Assembly: GCF_006345805.1 (NCBI RefSeq)
Contig: NC_043021.1
Coordinates: 12,028,001 to 12,092,000, forward strand
Length of the DNA: 64,000 nucleotides
From: Octopus sinensis
Lineage: Eukaryota
Direction of reading: 5' to 3'
The position numbers and the translations under genes are program-made. The notes beneath the pieces are model-generated. The model was not told where the DNA came from, did no database searches, and saw only the letters and a program-made list of their open reading frames with translations. Every line of letters starts with the position of its first letter. Position 1 is the stretch's first letter. This document shows, piece by piece, positions 47,778-60,907 of this stretch.

Positions 47778-48217
47778 CAACGATTCCCAAACTTTTTCAG
47801 GCCACTACCCCTTTCATACCCGGTCCACATTCTAAGCGCCCCACCCCACCCACCACCATAAGCACAGACTACTTTTTCTGGCCAGTGACCCTCTCCTTGT
47901 CCTTCGAATCTAGGGATAGTGGACTTCCTCTCCTGACCTGCCAGATGTCTCCCAACCCACAGAATGGATGTAGTGAAATCACCTTTACTCGTTTTGTTGC
48001 TTAACAACAACAACAACAACAACAGACCACTTTCTGCAGCAAAATTCAAAACAACTGCACATCACAAATAAAACTTAATCTAATTATCCCATTATTTTCA
48101 TGGTTTTTTTTTTACAATAACCCCACCCCATTAATCACCCACCTCTTTTCTTCAATGCTTCCTGGATCTTTTCCACCACCTACAAGACGACAGTGCCACC
48201 CACTTTGGGAACCACTA
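47778..48217. mobile_element. hAT-Charlie-type MITE
   Basis: TIR caacgattcccaaact / actttgggaaccacta; perfect 8-bp TSD gtctaaat. Confidence 0.8.
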
Positions 48218-48459
48218 GTCTAAATAAAACCTTTTAACAGGATATGACACTAGTTTTGTGGTCACTAACAAAATTAGATGAATTTCCTGCGAGAACTGTA
48301 CAAACCATGTATGGAGATATCATCAACAAGGTGAGAGCAACAAGTTGAAGAAAGTAGATGTCCCAAGAACTGCAGCCTTCAGGAATTTGATCTTCCCCCA
48401 CCCATCAACTTAACAATTTAACCCTTTAGCATTCAGATTATTCTGTCAAATGTAATATG

Positions 48460-48625
48460 TGGGAGTGGCTGTATGGTAAGTAGCTTGCTTACCAACCACA
48501 TGGTTCCGGGTTCAGTCCCACTGTGTGGCACCTTGGGCAAATATCTTCTACTATAGCCTCGGGCCGACCAAACCCTTGTGAGTGGATTTGGTAGACGGAA
48601 ACTGAAAGAAGCCTATCATATATAT

Positions 48626-48660
<35 letters not shown>

Positions 48661-48870
48661 TGTATGTCTGTGTTTGTCCCCCCGACATCGCTTCACAACC
48701 AATGCTGGTGTGTTTACATCCCCGTAACTTAGCCGTTCAGCAAAAGAGACCGATAGAATAAGTACTAGGCTTCCAAAGAATAAGTCCTGGGGTCGATTTG
48801 CTTGACTAAAGGCGGTGCTCCAGCATGGCCACAATCAAATGACTGAAATAAGTAAAAGAGTAAAAGAGAG
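48460..48870 (+). mobile_element. SINE family A full length
   Basis: Near-consensus. Confidence 0.9.
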
Positions 48871-49574
48871 AGTGAAGAGTATGTACTTATTTACATTGTC
48901 ATGAATTAATCACTCATTATCTCATAGCTTTAAAATTTCAATGATATTGTTTAATTTTAGAATGACATTGTAGGATTGACATGAGATGCCAGATCTGACC
49001 AGTTTCAAAGTAAAATAGGTAGAATATTTTAGGCTGGATATGACCAAATTAAATGCCAAAAGGTTAAGTATAAAAGAAGCACTGACCATAAGGTTTCATG
49101 TCATCTTTCAGTCAGAAGGGAACGATAAACCCCATGGCTTATTACAGGGCCTCCAAGACTGATGGGAAGATGTCTTTGAATCGTAATCCTCACCTGAATG
49201 CTTTCAGACAGAATGGACTTCACTAACGGCACCCAAGTTGCCAGGTAGCAGTGTTAAAGCTGAGAGGTGGGTTAAATCTCCCACCCAAGTAAGCCATGAT
49301 GAGATTTCAACTCAGAACGCGAAGAGCCAAGGCGAATACCACAAAGCATTTGGTCCAGTATTCTAACTACCCTGCCCTACCCTTTCAATTTACCACCCTA
49401 AACTGGTACTTTGGTATTTTTTCTATGACCCTGAATGGTAAATCTGTGGGATTTGAACTCAGCACATAGAGACAGAACAAATTTCACAAGGCTCTAACAA
49501 CTCAGCCAAATCCCTCTACATTTACATTATCAATGAAATTAAAGACTACATTTACTAACAGCATAAAAGATGCG

Positions 49575-49875
49575 TGGAGGTGCAATGGCCCAGTGGCTAG
49601 GGCAGCAGACTTGCAGTCGTAGCATCGTGGTTTCAATTCCCAAACCGAGCGTTGTGAGTGTTTATTGAGCAAAAACACCCAAAGCTCCGCAAGGCTCCGG
49701 CAGGGGGTGGTGGCAATCCCTGCTGCATTCTTTCACCACAACTTGCTCTCTTTCTTCTGTTGGCCTGCTCGCTTAGCCAGCAGAGTGGCGTCATTTGAAG
49801 GCTAAAACAATGCGAAGCGCATTGTGACCAGCGATGTGTAGCAACATCTGATAGCCTGGTCGGTCATGGTGATAT
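49575..49875 (+). mobile_element. SINE family B (tail ii)
   Basis: Matches 12075-12362. Confidence 0.85.
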
Positions 49876-50029
49876 CAGATGCAGTTCTTTTTTTTTATGT
49901 TTTTAAAAGTATCCAACTATTGCTATCTCATGGTGACAGCATTATTACGGATGGAAAACTGAGTCATAAACTCAGCAGCAGCCAAATGAACCTAGTGTCC
50001 ACTAGACACATTGTTACTGATAATAAAAT

Positions 50030-50950
50030 ATTGGTTTCAAATTTTGGCACAAGGCCAGCAATTTCGAGGGGGGTGTAAGTCGATTACATCCACCCCAGTG
50101 ATCAACTGGTACTTTATTTTATTGACCCTGAAAGGAAGAAAGGCAAAGTCGACCTTGGGCAGAATTTGAACAAATATCGTAAAGATGGACGAAATACGGC
50201 TAAGCACTTCACCCAGCGGGCTAACGATTCTGCCAGTTCACCGCCTTTTCCTTTTCTACTCTAGGCACAAGGACCGAAATTTTTGGGGAGGGCGCCAATC
50301 GATTAGATCGACCCCAGTACGTAACTGGTACTTAATTTATCGATCCCGAAAGGATGAACGGAAAAGTCGACCTCGGCAGGAATTTGAACTCAGACTGTAA
50401 CAGCAGACGAAATACCTATTTCTTTACTACCCACAAGGGGCTAAACATAGAGGGGACAAACAAGGACAGACAAACAGATTAAGCCGATTACATTGACACC
50501 CCAGTGTGTAACTTGTACTTATTTAATCGACCTCGAAAAGATGAAAGGCAAAGTCGACCTCGGCGGAATTTGAACTCAGAACGTAACGGCAGACGAAATA
50601 CGGCTACGCATTTCGCCCATCGTGCCAACGTTTCGCCCAGCGTGCCAACGTTTCGCCCAGCGTGCCAACGTTTCTGCCAGCTCGCCGCCTTACTAACAAT
50701 AGAATATTGCTTCCAAGTTTTGGCCCAAGGCCAGCAATTTCTGATGTGGGGCGTGGGGGGACGTGTAGATCGATTAGATCGACTCCAGTGCTCAACTGGT
50801 ACTTATTTCATCGACTCTGAAAGGATGAAAGAGGAAGTCGACCTCGTGTGGAATTCGAACTCAGAACATTACAGACGGGCGAAATGCCGCTAAGCATTTT
50901 GCCTGGCGTGCTAACGATTCTGCCAGCTCGCCGACTTACTAATAATAAAA
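50030..50950 (-). mobile_element. Cluster of SINE family C copies and multimers
   Basis: At least four aaagtcgacct...gaatttgaac-type units; one head has a triplicated 20-bp segment at ~50600-50670. Confidence 0.85.
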
Positions 50951-52688
50951 TATTGAAATCAAGCCGAAATATCCGACTGTTAGCAGAGAATTCTACAAAA
51001 CTGCTTACAGTACGGCGGCAGCTATGTCGGCAGGTCATATTTCATTACACTTCCTTCTTCAACGTACATAACCCACACCTGATACACGTCTAACATAATT
51101 TAATGACTATGTTGCCTTAAAGAAGCGGGTTTTTTTTTTAATTATTATTTTAATTATCTAAACGAAAAAATTCATCTAACAAGATAAAAAACAACGAGTG
51201 GGTGACAACAAAACCACAGCCAGACATACAAGTTTAACAAGAGTATGGTAATCCGCTTGACCAAATTATAAAAACCACAAATTTGACGTGAAAGAAGATA
51301 TAAAACTGGAATACAGTACTCCTATTTACGTGGTTTATTTATGATAAATTTACGGTTTCATACTTCTATCCATTTTACTGTCACAATATATATTTTACCT
51401 CCCTACAAAACCACATAAAATAGTTTTCCATGGCCGTATAACGAAACATGCTAATTCTCCACCACACACACACACACACACACACAGATACACACACGCA
51501 GACACATATTTGTAAAATACGGGTGGGTTTCATGCGAAAGTGGGTCTCGTAAGCCGGCGAATATGGTAATTAAAAGGCGGATTTGAATTTTCTCCCACTG
51601 TTCTGCAGCATCGTGAATAAACATTTTGAATAAACTATTCTGAATTTAAACACGGTGATTAGATAAAAAAGAAAGAAAAAAAAGGAATAATAATAATAAT
51701 AATAATAATAAATTGAACAACAAAACATTTGAATCACAAATCAGCAGTAGGGAGTATTTTGTGTAAATGTCAAAAGCATTATTTCCACTCCAACTAAAAA
51801 AATTAGATTTACAGCATTCGTTGAGAAGAGCCAGTGGTTGCTTAAATACAAGGTTGACCCTGATAGGGTAAATATATATTGAAAAGCAATCCAGCTTCCA
51901 AGAACATGTTTACTGTGAGAATTTGAGCCAGGCATCAGACCTGTGAACAAAGATGTCCCATATTGATCCTCCAAACTTTTAGGGGCATCCAAAGCTTCAC
52001 CGCTGAACGTCCCATTCCCAAGGGTGCTTTCCAAAGCTGAATTAGAGACTTAGCTGCCGTGTGACCTTTCTTAGTGTACAATACAGTATTATATGAGATT
52101 TAGTTGCTGTGTGTCCGTTCCTAGCAGGGGCGGACTGAACCGTCGGTCGATCGGGCACTGCCCGAAGGTCCGGAGCTCTGAGGGACCCGCACTCTCCATG
52201 TTAACTTTACTAAAACACATATTCAAACGGACCAATATATATACACAAGATCCAAGCTTTTCCCTCGTAACTTTTAGGAAAATGGGTTTTTTTTTTCAAC
52301 GAAATTTTATAGAAATACCTTTTAAACGGCACACATTACGATTATAAAGAAATTTGTGGGGAAAATTTTTTCTAAGGGGGTGGGGGGAGGACTTCGGAAA
52401 ATTCACAAGATCCGAGCTTTTCCCTCGTAACTTTGAGGAAAATGGGGTTTTTTTCAAGGAAATTTTAGAAATACTTTTCAAACGGCATACATTACGATTA
52501 TAAAGATCCGCATTTTTCCACGTTATATTCCGAAATCACATTCAACTTTCTACAGATACCCTAGCGTAGTACTAATACACTAAGTAATGATTTTTCTACC
52601 CACTTTCAATAATTCTTAATGTTTTGGCTTCATTTTTGTTTCATTTTATCTTCAATTATTTTTACGCTTTTTAAACCCTTTCGTCGTT

Positions 52689-52726
<38 letters not shown>

Positions 52727-53392
52727 CAGAGAGAGAGAGATGGATAGATAGATACATATATTATATATATATATATACTTACATCCATATACATATGCAC
52801 ACACACATATATACACACACACGTATACACACACACGTATACACACATACACATATATATATATACAGACACGTTTCAGAAGAAATCTTTTTTTTCAAAA
52901 GCACTTTTGAAGGTGAGGTGCGAAACTGCATCAGCTCCTTTTCTTTACACATAATTTAAGATGACATTTTGCAGAAAAACGTTTTCTCGAGTGTGGTTTA
53001 CATTAAATTGAAAAAATCAAAGAAGTTTGAAAGTAATAATAAACGAATGTTGAAGTTATAAAAATTAGTGGTAACGATGTCTGGACGAAAAAAACCATGT
53101 TAGTGTTTGTGTGAAACAAGTCAAAGTGTATTAAAACAATATCTTTTACATACCTGCTAAAATTACTGGATATATAGATCCCAGGATGTATAAGACCTAA
53201 GCTGCAAAACAATTTTGAAATGGTGTGAAGTGTTTCCACTTTCCCTTAGCAATTTTTCGCGCCGAAATTTTAAGCGGGTAACTATTACGCTTCGATCTCG
53301 TGGGGAGAGAGAAAGGGAGAGAGTGAGTAAAGGGGTGTTTTGTCATTTATGTTTTTTGGGGGTTTTTTCGGGGCCTGTACACTATAAGTTTT

Positions 53393-53772
53393 GGGCAATC
53401 TTTCGTCTCTAGTAGACCTTTCCGTCGATTTCCGTAAATTTTTTTTTTTTTTTTACATATGGGCTTGCGGGAACTTTTGAAGTAATGAGAGCGAAAGAGA
53501 CTAAGAGAAAGCGATTGTATGACGAGGGAAGTTCTTTTGAAGTTACCGTGCATGTGAAGCATTGATGTACATGTGTGTGTTTGATGGGGTGTGGGAGACA
53601 GACAGTATGTTGTGTAAGTGAAGTGCTTCTGTTAGTGTGTGTGAAGAGACAGAGAGAGTAATGTGTCTCTTTCGCTCTCATTACTTCAAAAGTTCCCGCA
53701 AGCCCATATGTAAAAAAAAAAAATTTTTTACGGAAATCGACGGAAAGGTCTACTAGAGACGAAAGATCGCCA
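53393..53772. repeat. Long inverted repeat (foldback-like)
   Basis: ~108-bp arms at 53393-53501 and 53665-53772, nearly perfect, ~163-bp spacer. Confidence 0.9.
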
Positions 53773-53859
53773 AGTTTTGAAATGCAGATTCTCAATCTGC
53801 AATATAGTGTGTTCATGTAAAAATAAAATCCCCAAAATATTCCAAAGTGAGTGCAGTCC

Positions 53860-54520
53860 ATGATCTTTACCTGATTTGTACATGCTCCGGTGACCGATCT
53901 ATGAAATTTGGGGAATGATTAACCGTATGGTGAATGTAACTGAGTATGTTGAGATTACAATAGCCAGCCAAATTGTCAGTCATAACAGTAGTTCCTGGAA
54001 GAACGTTTTGTCTCATAACATTCTCCAACGTCTCTGTACTCCTATCGGGTACACGTTGAAGAAATCCTTTTTCTTGTTGTGGTGTCGTAACATCCGACAA
54101 CCCAAGTTTTGCGACACATTCTTCCTACATTGTTCTTGCTATTGAAGAACAAGCTGTCATCGATCTCCACTAAATGATCTGGACCACCAATGGGAGTTTT
54201 GTCCTGCAGCAGTTTTGCCGACCAAACATCTCTACAGAACTGGTACCACTGAACGGCAGTTTTTATATCAATGCAATTCGTTCTTGCAGATATCGTCACA
54301 GGCAATTCGAAAATCAAATCAAACACTAAATGAAAAATTGCATATGATGGCAGCTTAGAGTTTTCTGTAAATGTACCTTTCCTGATGAAAAGAGGTTTTT
54401 TTTTTGTTTGTTTTTATTACACTTAGCGCACTTTCTATTGACAAACCCGTCAATAGAACGGCTAGAATTATGAAAATTCATCGAATGTGTGTGCAAGCAC
54501 ACGTTTTTTTTCATTGGCAA
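53860..54520 (-). pseudogene. Merlin (IS1595/ISXO2-like) DDE transposase remnant
   Basis: PIGGPDHLVEIDDSLF...WVVG / FLQRVPDRSTETL...VLPGTTVMTD...HHTVNHSPNFID, frameshifted. Confidence 0.85.
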
Positions 54521-55573
54521 TATGTTTTGTCTTCAGATAATCTATAATGTTCTCTGGTGCAAGGTACAGTAAAAGTTCCAATCTGGCTGTACACAATGTA
54601 AAATAAATTCAGAAAAATGGCAACAGCTATTTCTTTTTAAAGGGTACAAATATTGTGAAGAAGATGGTGTTGATTGTTGCTGATGAGATGGTTGTGGTAG
54701 CTTCTTGATTTCAATTAAAGTTTACGGAAATAATGTATGAACTTGTGCAATGTTAATCCTTCGAATTTATTTTTAATTGTGATAATGAAACAATAGGTTC
54801 AGTCCTTACCGCCAAAATTAATTTATCTTGCAAAAGAACCCGACACACATATACACACACCTACACAATTTCAGAAGCATGGCAACAGTTGCTTCTTGTT
54901 GTCAAGAAGATGATGATGATGATGATGATTGTTGCTGATAGATGGTTGACACACACACGCACACACATAGACGCACGTAGATAAACATAGATGAAGTCCC
55001 ATTTTGGAAGTATGTTAAAGTTTTTAGTAGATGTATGACAGAGAATTATTCAATATCGTGTTTACTTCTATGAGGATCGCATAACTTTAAAGCGAAAAAA
55101 AAAAAAAACAAGACCGACGTATACAACAGGTATGTATAACATGCTGTTTCACTTGTTTCAGCCGTTCATTTTCTGTGAGCTGTAGAGTTTGTTGCGCTCG
55201 CGCACCCTTTATTGTTGAGTCGGGAGGGAGGATGGATCGGTGCATATGTTCCTTATGCATTCCAAAACCGAGTTGTCGATTTTCACGTATGGGGTATCAA
55301 AAGATTCAGTACTATTTCCACTACTAACTAAACTTTATTTTCATTGGCAATTTTCATTGTAATTTGAATTACAGAAATTTAAAATTATAATCTTTTCCGT
55401 AAGTTACCTATCGTAAACATTTCATACGACGACCACGATAACGTCACATTTTCTATATGAGTGCGTACCTTATAAGACATCCATTATCACCTTCACTCAC
55501 TCTATCTCTCTCCATTTCTCTCTCACACACGTGAGCGCACAAACACACAAAATCCTAAATTTGCCCTGACATC

Positions 55574-55962
55574 ATGGCTCTATGCAACTGTTGCAATATC
55601 ACTCTTTATGAAGGAGTTCTCCATTTCCACGGTAAAAATAATACTGCCATTACATTTTTCATGGAACACGGTGTCCTGCCGTTTACCCACAATTGTCTGA
55701 CATGTAATTTTCCGTGTATTTTGCGCGAGGAAACGAACGTGTGGCGTTGCCGTAGGATGGTACGACGACGTTGCCAATCCAGAAAGGAGTGAGGATATTC
55801 TGAATCTTTGTTGAAGAACACCTTTCTGAAAAACACCCATGTTCCGCCCTGGAAGATTTTGCGTTTCATGAATCACTTCCTCAACATAGATAAATCGAGG
55901 AAAATCTCGGATTCTGCCGTAAAACCTCTGTAGGTTGGCGGTCTTTCTGTGCTGAGGTCTGT
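55574..55962 (+). pseudogene. Merlin transposase N-terminal remnant
   Basis: Cys-rich CLTC...WRC...C, then TFLKNTHVPPWKIL, then KTSVGWRSFCAEVC; stop at 55790 and a frameshift. Confidence 0.7.
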
Positions 55963-58900
55963 ACGTTCTTTAGCCCGCACGTTCTTTAGCCTGTGTGTTC
56001 TTTAGCTTGTGCGCTCTTTAGCTTGTGCACTCTTTAGCTTGTGCACTCTTTAGCTTGTGCACTCTTTAGCCTGTGCACTCTTTAGCCTGTGCACTCTTTA
56101 GCTTGTGCACTCTTTAGCTTGTGCACTCTTTAGCCTGTGCACTCTTTAGCCTGTGCACTCTTTAGCTTGTGCACTCTTTAGCCTGTGCACTCTTTAGCCT
56201 GTGCACTCTTTAGCCCGTGCACTCTTTAGCTTGTGCACTCTTTAGCTTGTGCACTCTTTAGCTTGTGCACTCTTTAGCTTGTGCACTCTTTAGCTTGTGC
56301 ACTCTTTAGCCTGTGCACTCTTTAGCCTGTGCACTCTTTAGCCTGTGCACTCTTTAGCTTGTGCACTCTTTAGCCTGTGCACTCTTTAGCCTGTGCACTC
56401 TTTAGCCTGTGCACTCTTTAGCTTGTGCACTCTTTAGCTTGTGCACTCTTTAGCCTGTGCACTCTTTAGCCTGTGTACTCTTTAGCTTGTGCGCTCTTTA
56501 GCTTGTGCACTCTTTAGCTTGTGCACTCTTTAGCCTGTGCACTCTTTAGCCTGTGCACTCTTTAGCTTGTGCACTCTTTAGCCTGTGCACTCTTTAGCTT
56601 GTGCACTCTTTAGCTTGTACACTCTTTAGCTTGTGCACTCTTTAGCTTGTGCACTCTTTAGCTTCTGCACTCTTTAGCTTCTGCACTCTTTAGCCTGTGC
56701 ACTCTTTAGCTTGTACGCTCTTTAGCTTGTGCACTCTTTAGCTTGTGCACTTTTTAGCTTGTGCACTCTTTAGCTTGTGCACTCTTTAGCCTGTGCGTTC
56801 TTTAGCTTGTACGCTCTTTAGCCTGTGCACTCTTTAGCCTGTGCGTTCTTTAGCTTGTGCACTCTTTAGCTTGTGCACTCTTTAGCTTGTGCACTCTTTA
56901 GCCTATGCGTTCTTTAGCTTGTGCACTCTTTAGCTTGTGCACTCTTTAGCTTGTGCACTCTTTAGCCTGTGCGTTCTTTAGCTTGTGCACTCTTTAGCTT
57001 GTACGCTCTTTAGCTTGTGCGCTCTTTAGCTTGTGCACTCTTTAGCTTGTGCACTCTTTAGCCTGTGCGCTCTTTAGCTTGTGCACTCTTTAGCTTGTGC
57101 ACTCTCTAGCTTGTGCACTCTTAGCCTGTGCGTCTTTAGCTTGTGCACTCTTTAGCTTGTGCACTCTTTAGCTTGTGCGTTCTTTAGCTTGTGCACTCTT
57201 TAGCCTGTGCGTTCTTTAGCTTGTGCACTCTTTAGCTTGTGCACTCTTTAGCTGTGCACTCTTTAGCTTGTGCGCTCTTTAGCCTGTGCACTCTTAGCTT
57301 GTGCACTCTTTAGCTTGTGCGTTCTTTAGCTTGTGCACTCTTTAGCCTGTGCGTCTTTAGCTTGTGCACTCTTTAGCTTGTGCACTCTTTAGCTTGTGCA
57401 CTCTTTAGCCTGTGCGTTCTTTAGCTTGTGCACTCTTTAGCTTGTACGCTCTTTAGCTTGTGCGCTCTTAGCTTGTGCACTCTTTAGCTTGTGCACTCTT
57501 TAGCCTGTGCGCTCTTTAGCTTGTGCACTCTTTAGCTTGTGCACTCTTTAGCTTGTGCACTCTTTAGCCTGTGCGTTCTTTAGCTTGTGCACTCTTTAGC
57601 TTGTGCACTCTTTAGCTTGTGCGTTCTTTAGCTTGTGCTCTTTAGCCTGTGCGTTCTTTAGCTTGTGCACTCTTTAGCTTGTGCACTCTTTAGCTTGTGC
57701 ACTCTTTAGCTTGTGCACTCTTTAGCCTGTGCGTTCTTTAGCTTGTGCACTCTTTAGCTTGTGCGTTCTTTAGCTTGTGCACTCTTTAGCTTGTGCACTC
57801 TTTAGCTTGTGCACTCTTTAGCTTGTGCACTCTTTAGCCCGTGCACTCTTTAGCTTATGCACTCTTTAGCCTGTCCGCTGTTTAGTCTGTACGCTCTTTA
57901 GTTTGTGCGCTCTTTAGCCTGTACTCTCTTTAGCTTGTATGCTCTTTAGCCTGTCCGCTCTTCAGCCTGTGCGTTCTTTAGCCTGTCCGCTCTTTAGCTT
58001 GTGCGCTCTTTAGCCTGTGCATTCTTTAGCCTGTCCGCTCTTTAGCCTGTCCGCTCTTCAGCCTGTGCGTTCTTTAGCCTGTCCGCTCTTTAGCTTGTCC
58101 GCTCTTCAGCCTGTGCGTTCTTTAGCCTGTCCGCTCTTTAGCTTGTGCGCTCTTTAGCCTGTGCGTTCTTTAGCCTGTCCGCTCTTTAGCCTGTCCGCTC
58201 TTCAGCCTGTGCGTTCTTTAGCCTGTCCGCTCTTTAGCTTGTCCGCTCTTTAGCCTGTACGCTCTTTAGCCTGTCCGCTGTTTAGTCTGTACGCTCTTTA
58301 GTTTGTGCGCTCTTTAGCCTGTACTCTGTTTAGCTTGTATGCTCTTTAGCCTGTCCGCTCTTCAGCCTGTGCGTTCTTTAGCCTGTCCGCTCTTTAGCTG
58401 TGCACTCTTTAGCCTGTGCGTTCTTAGCTTGTGCACTCTTTAGCTTGTGCACTCTTTAGCTTGTGCACTCTTTAGCCTATGCGTTCTTTAGCTTGTGCAC
58501 TCTTTAGCTTGTGCACTCTTTAGCTTGTGCACTCTTTAGCCTGTGCGTTCTTTAGCTTGTGCACTCTTTAGCTTGTACGCTCTTTAGCTTGTGCGCTCTT
58601 TAGCTTGTGCACTCTTTAGCTTGTGCACTCTTTAGCCTGTGCGCTCTTTAGCTTGTGCACTCTTTAGCTTGTGCACTCTCTAGCTTGTGCACTCTTTAGC
58701 CTGTGCGTTCTTTAGCTTGTGCACTCTTTAGCTTGTGCACTCTTTAGCTTGTGCGTTCTTTAGCTTGTGCACTCTTTAGCCTGTGCGTTCTTTAGCTTGT
58801 GCACTCTTTAGCTTGTGCACTCTTTAGCTTGTGCACTCTTTAGCCTGTGCGTTCTTTAGCTTGTGCACTCTTTAGCTTGTGCACTCTTTAGCTTGTGCGT

Positions 58901-60907
58901 TCTTTAGCTTGTGCACTCTTTAGCCTGTGCGTTCTTTAGCTTGTGCACTCTTTAGCTTGTGCACTCTTTAGCTTGTGCACTCTTTAGCCTGTGCGTTCTT
59001 TAGCTTGTGCACTCTTTAGCTTGTACGCTCTTTAGCTTGTGCGCTCTTTAGCTTGTGCACTCTTTAGCTTGTGCACTCTTTAGCCTGTGCGCTCTTTAGC
59101 TTGTGCACTCTTTAGCTTGTGCACTCTTTAGCTTGTGCACTCTTTAGCCTGTGCGTTCTTTAGCTTGTGCACTCTTTAGCTTGTGCACTCTTTAGCTTGT
59201 GCGTTCTTTAGCTTGTGCACTCTTTAGCCTGTGCGTTCTTTAGCTTGTGCACTCTTTAGCTTGTGCACTCTTTAGCTTGTGCACTCTTTAGCTTGTGCAC
59301 TCTTTAGCCTGTGCGTTCTTTAGCTTGTGCACTCTTTAGCTTGTGCGTTCTTTAGCTTGTGCACTCTTTAGCCTGTGCGTTCTTTAGCTTGTGCACTCTT
59401 TAGCTTGTGCACTCTTTAGCTTGTGCACTCTTTAGCCCGTGCACTCTTTAGCTTATGCACTCTTTAGCCTGTCCGCTGTTTAGTCTGTACGCTCTTTAGT
59501 TTGTGCGCTCTTTAGCCTGTACTCTCTTTAGCTTGTATGCTCTTTAGCCTGTCCGCTCTTCAGCTGTGCGTTCTTTAGCCTGTCCGCTCTTTAGCTTGTG
59601 CGCTCTTTAGCCTGTGCATTCTTTAGCCTGTCCGCTCTTTAGCCTGTCCGCTCTTCAGCCTGTGCGTTCTTTAGCCTGTCCGCTCTTTAGCTTGTCCGCT
59701 CTCAGCCTGTGCGTTCTTTAGCCTGTCCGCTCTTAGCTTGTGCGCTCTTTAGCCTGTGCGTTCTTTAGCCTGTCCGCTCTTTAGCCTGTCCGCTCTTCAG
59801 CCTGTGCGTTCTTTAGCCGTCCGCTCTTTAGCTGTCCGCTCTTTAGCCTGTACGCTCTTTAGCCTGTCCGCTGTTTAGTCTGTACGCTCTTTAGTTTGTG
59901 CGCTCTTTAGCCTGTACTCTGTTTAGCTTGTATGCTCTTTAGCCTGTCCGCTCTTCAGCCTGTGCGTTCTTTAGCCTGTCCGCTCTTTAGCTTGTGCGCT
60001 CTTTAGCCTGTGCGTTCTTTAGCCTGTCTACTCTTTAGCTTGTGCGCTCTTTAGCCTGTGCATTCTTTAGCCTGTGCACTCTTTAGCCTGTCCGCTGTTT
60101 AGTCTGTACGCTCTTTAGTTTGTGCGCTCTTTAGCCTGTACTCTCTTTAGCTTGTATGCTCTTTAGCCTGTCCGCTCTTCAGCCTGTGCGTTCTTTAGCC
60201 TGTCCGCTCTTTAGCTTGTGCGCTCTTTAGCCTGTGCATTCTTTAGTCTGTACGCTCTTTAGTTTGTGCGCTCTTTAGCCTGTACTCCGTTTAGCTTGTA
60301 TGCTCTTTAGCCTGTCCGCTCTTCAGCCTGTGCGTTCTTTAGCCTGTCCGCTCTTTAGCTTGTGCGCTCTTTAGCCTGTGCGCTTTAGCCTGTCCGCTCT
60401 TTAGCCTGTCCGCTCTTCAGCCTGTGCGTTCTTTAGCCTGTCCGCTCTTTAGCTTGTCCGCTCTTTAGCCTGTACGCTCTTTAGCCTGTCCGCTTTTTAG
60501 TCTGTACGCTCTTTAGTTTGTGCGCTCTTTAGCCTGTACTCTGTTTAGCTTGTATGCTCTTTAGCCTGTCCGCTCTTCAGCCTGTGCGTTCTTTAGCCTG
60601 TCCGCTCTTTAGCTTGTGCGCTCTTTAGCCTGTGCGTTCTTTAGCCTGTCTACTCTTTAGCTTGTGCGCTCTTTAGCCTGTGCATTCTTTAGCCTGTCCG
60701 CTCTTTAGCTTGTCCGCTCTTCAGCCTGTGCGTTCTTTAGCCTGTCTACTCTTTAGCTTGTGCGCTCTTTAGCCTGTACGCTCTTTAGCCTGTACGCTCT
60801 TCAGCCCTTGCATTCTTTAGTCTGTCCTCTCTTTTGCCTGTACGCTCTTTAGCCTGTACCTTCTTTAGCCTGTACGCTCTTTATCCTGTGCACTCTTTAG
60901 CCTGTAC
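55959..60907. repeat. 16-bp tandem satellite (GTGCACTCTTTAGCYT and variants), about 310 units
   Basis: Direct reading; alternating GTGCAC-rich and GTCCGC-rich domains. Confidence 0.98.

Noticed and set aside
51741-52034. 97-aa minus-strand ORF in a GC-richer patch
   Set aside because: No recognisable motif and I could not link it by phase to other exons; it may still be an exon but I cannot support the call.
55959-60907. Satellite as a CRISPR array, telomere or repeat-protein gene
   Set aside because: Units are contiguous with no unique spacers, TTAGC(C/T) is not TTAGGG, and 16-bp units put stop codons in every frame on both strands.
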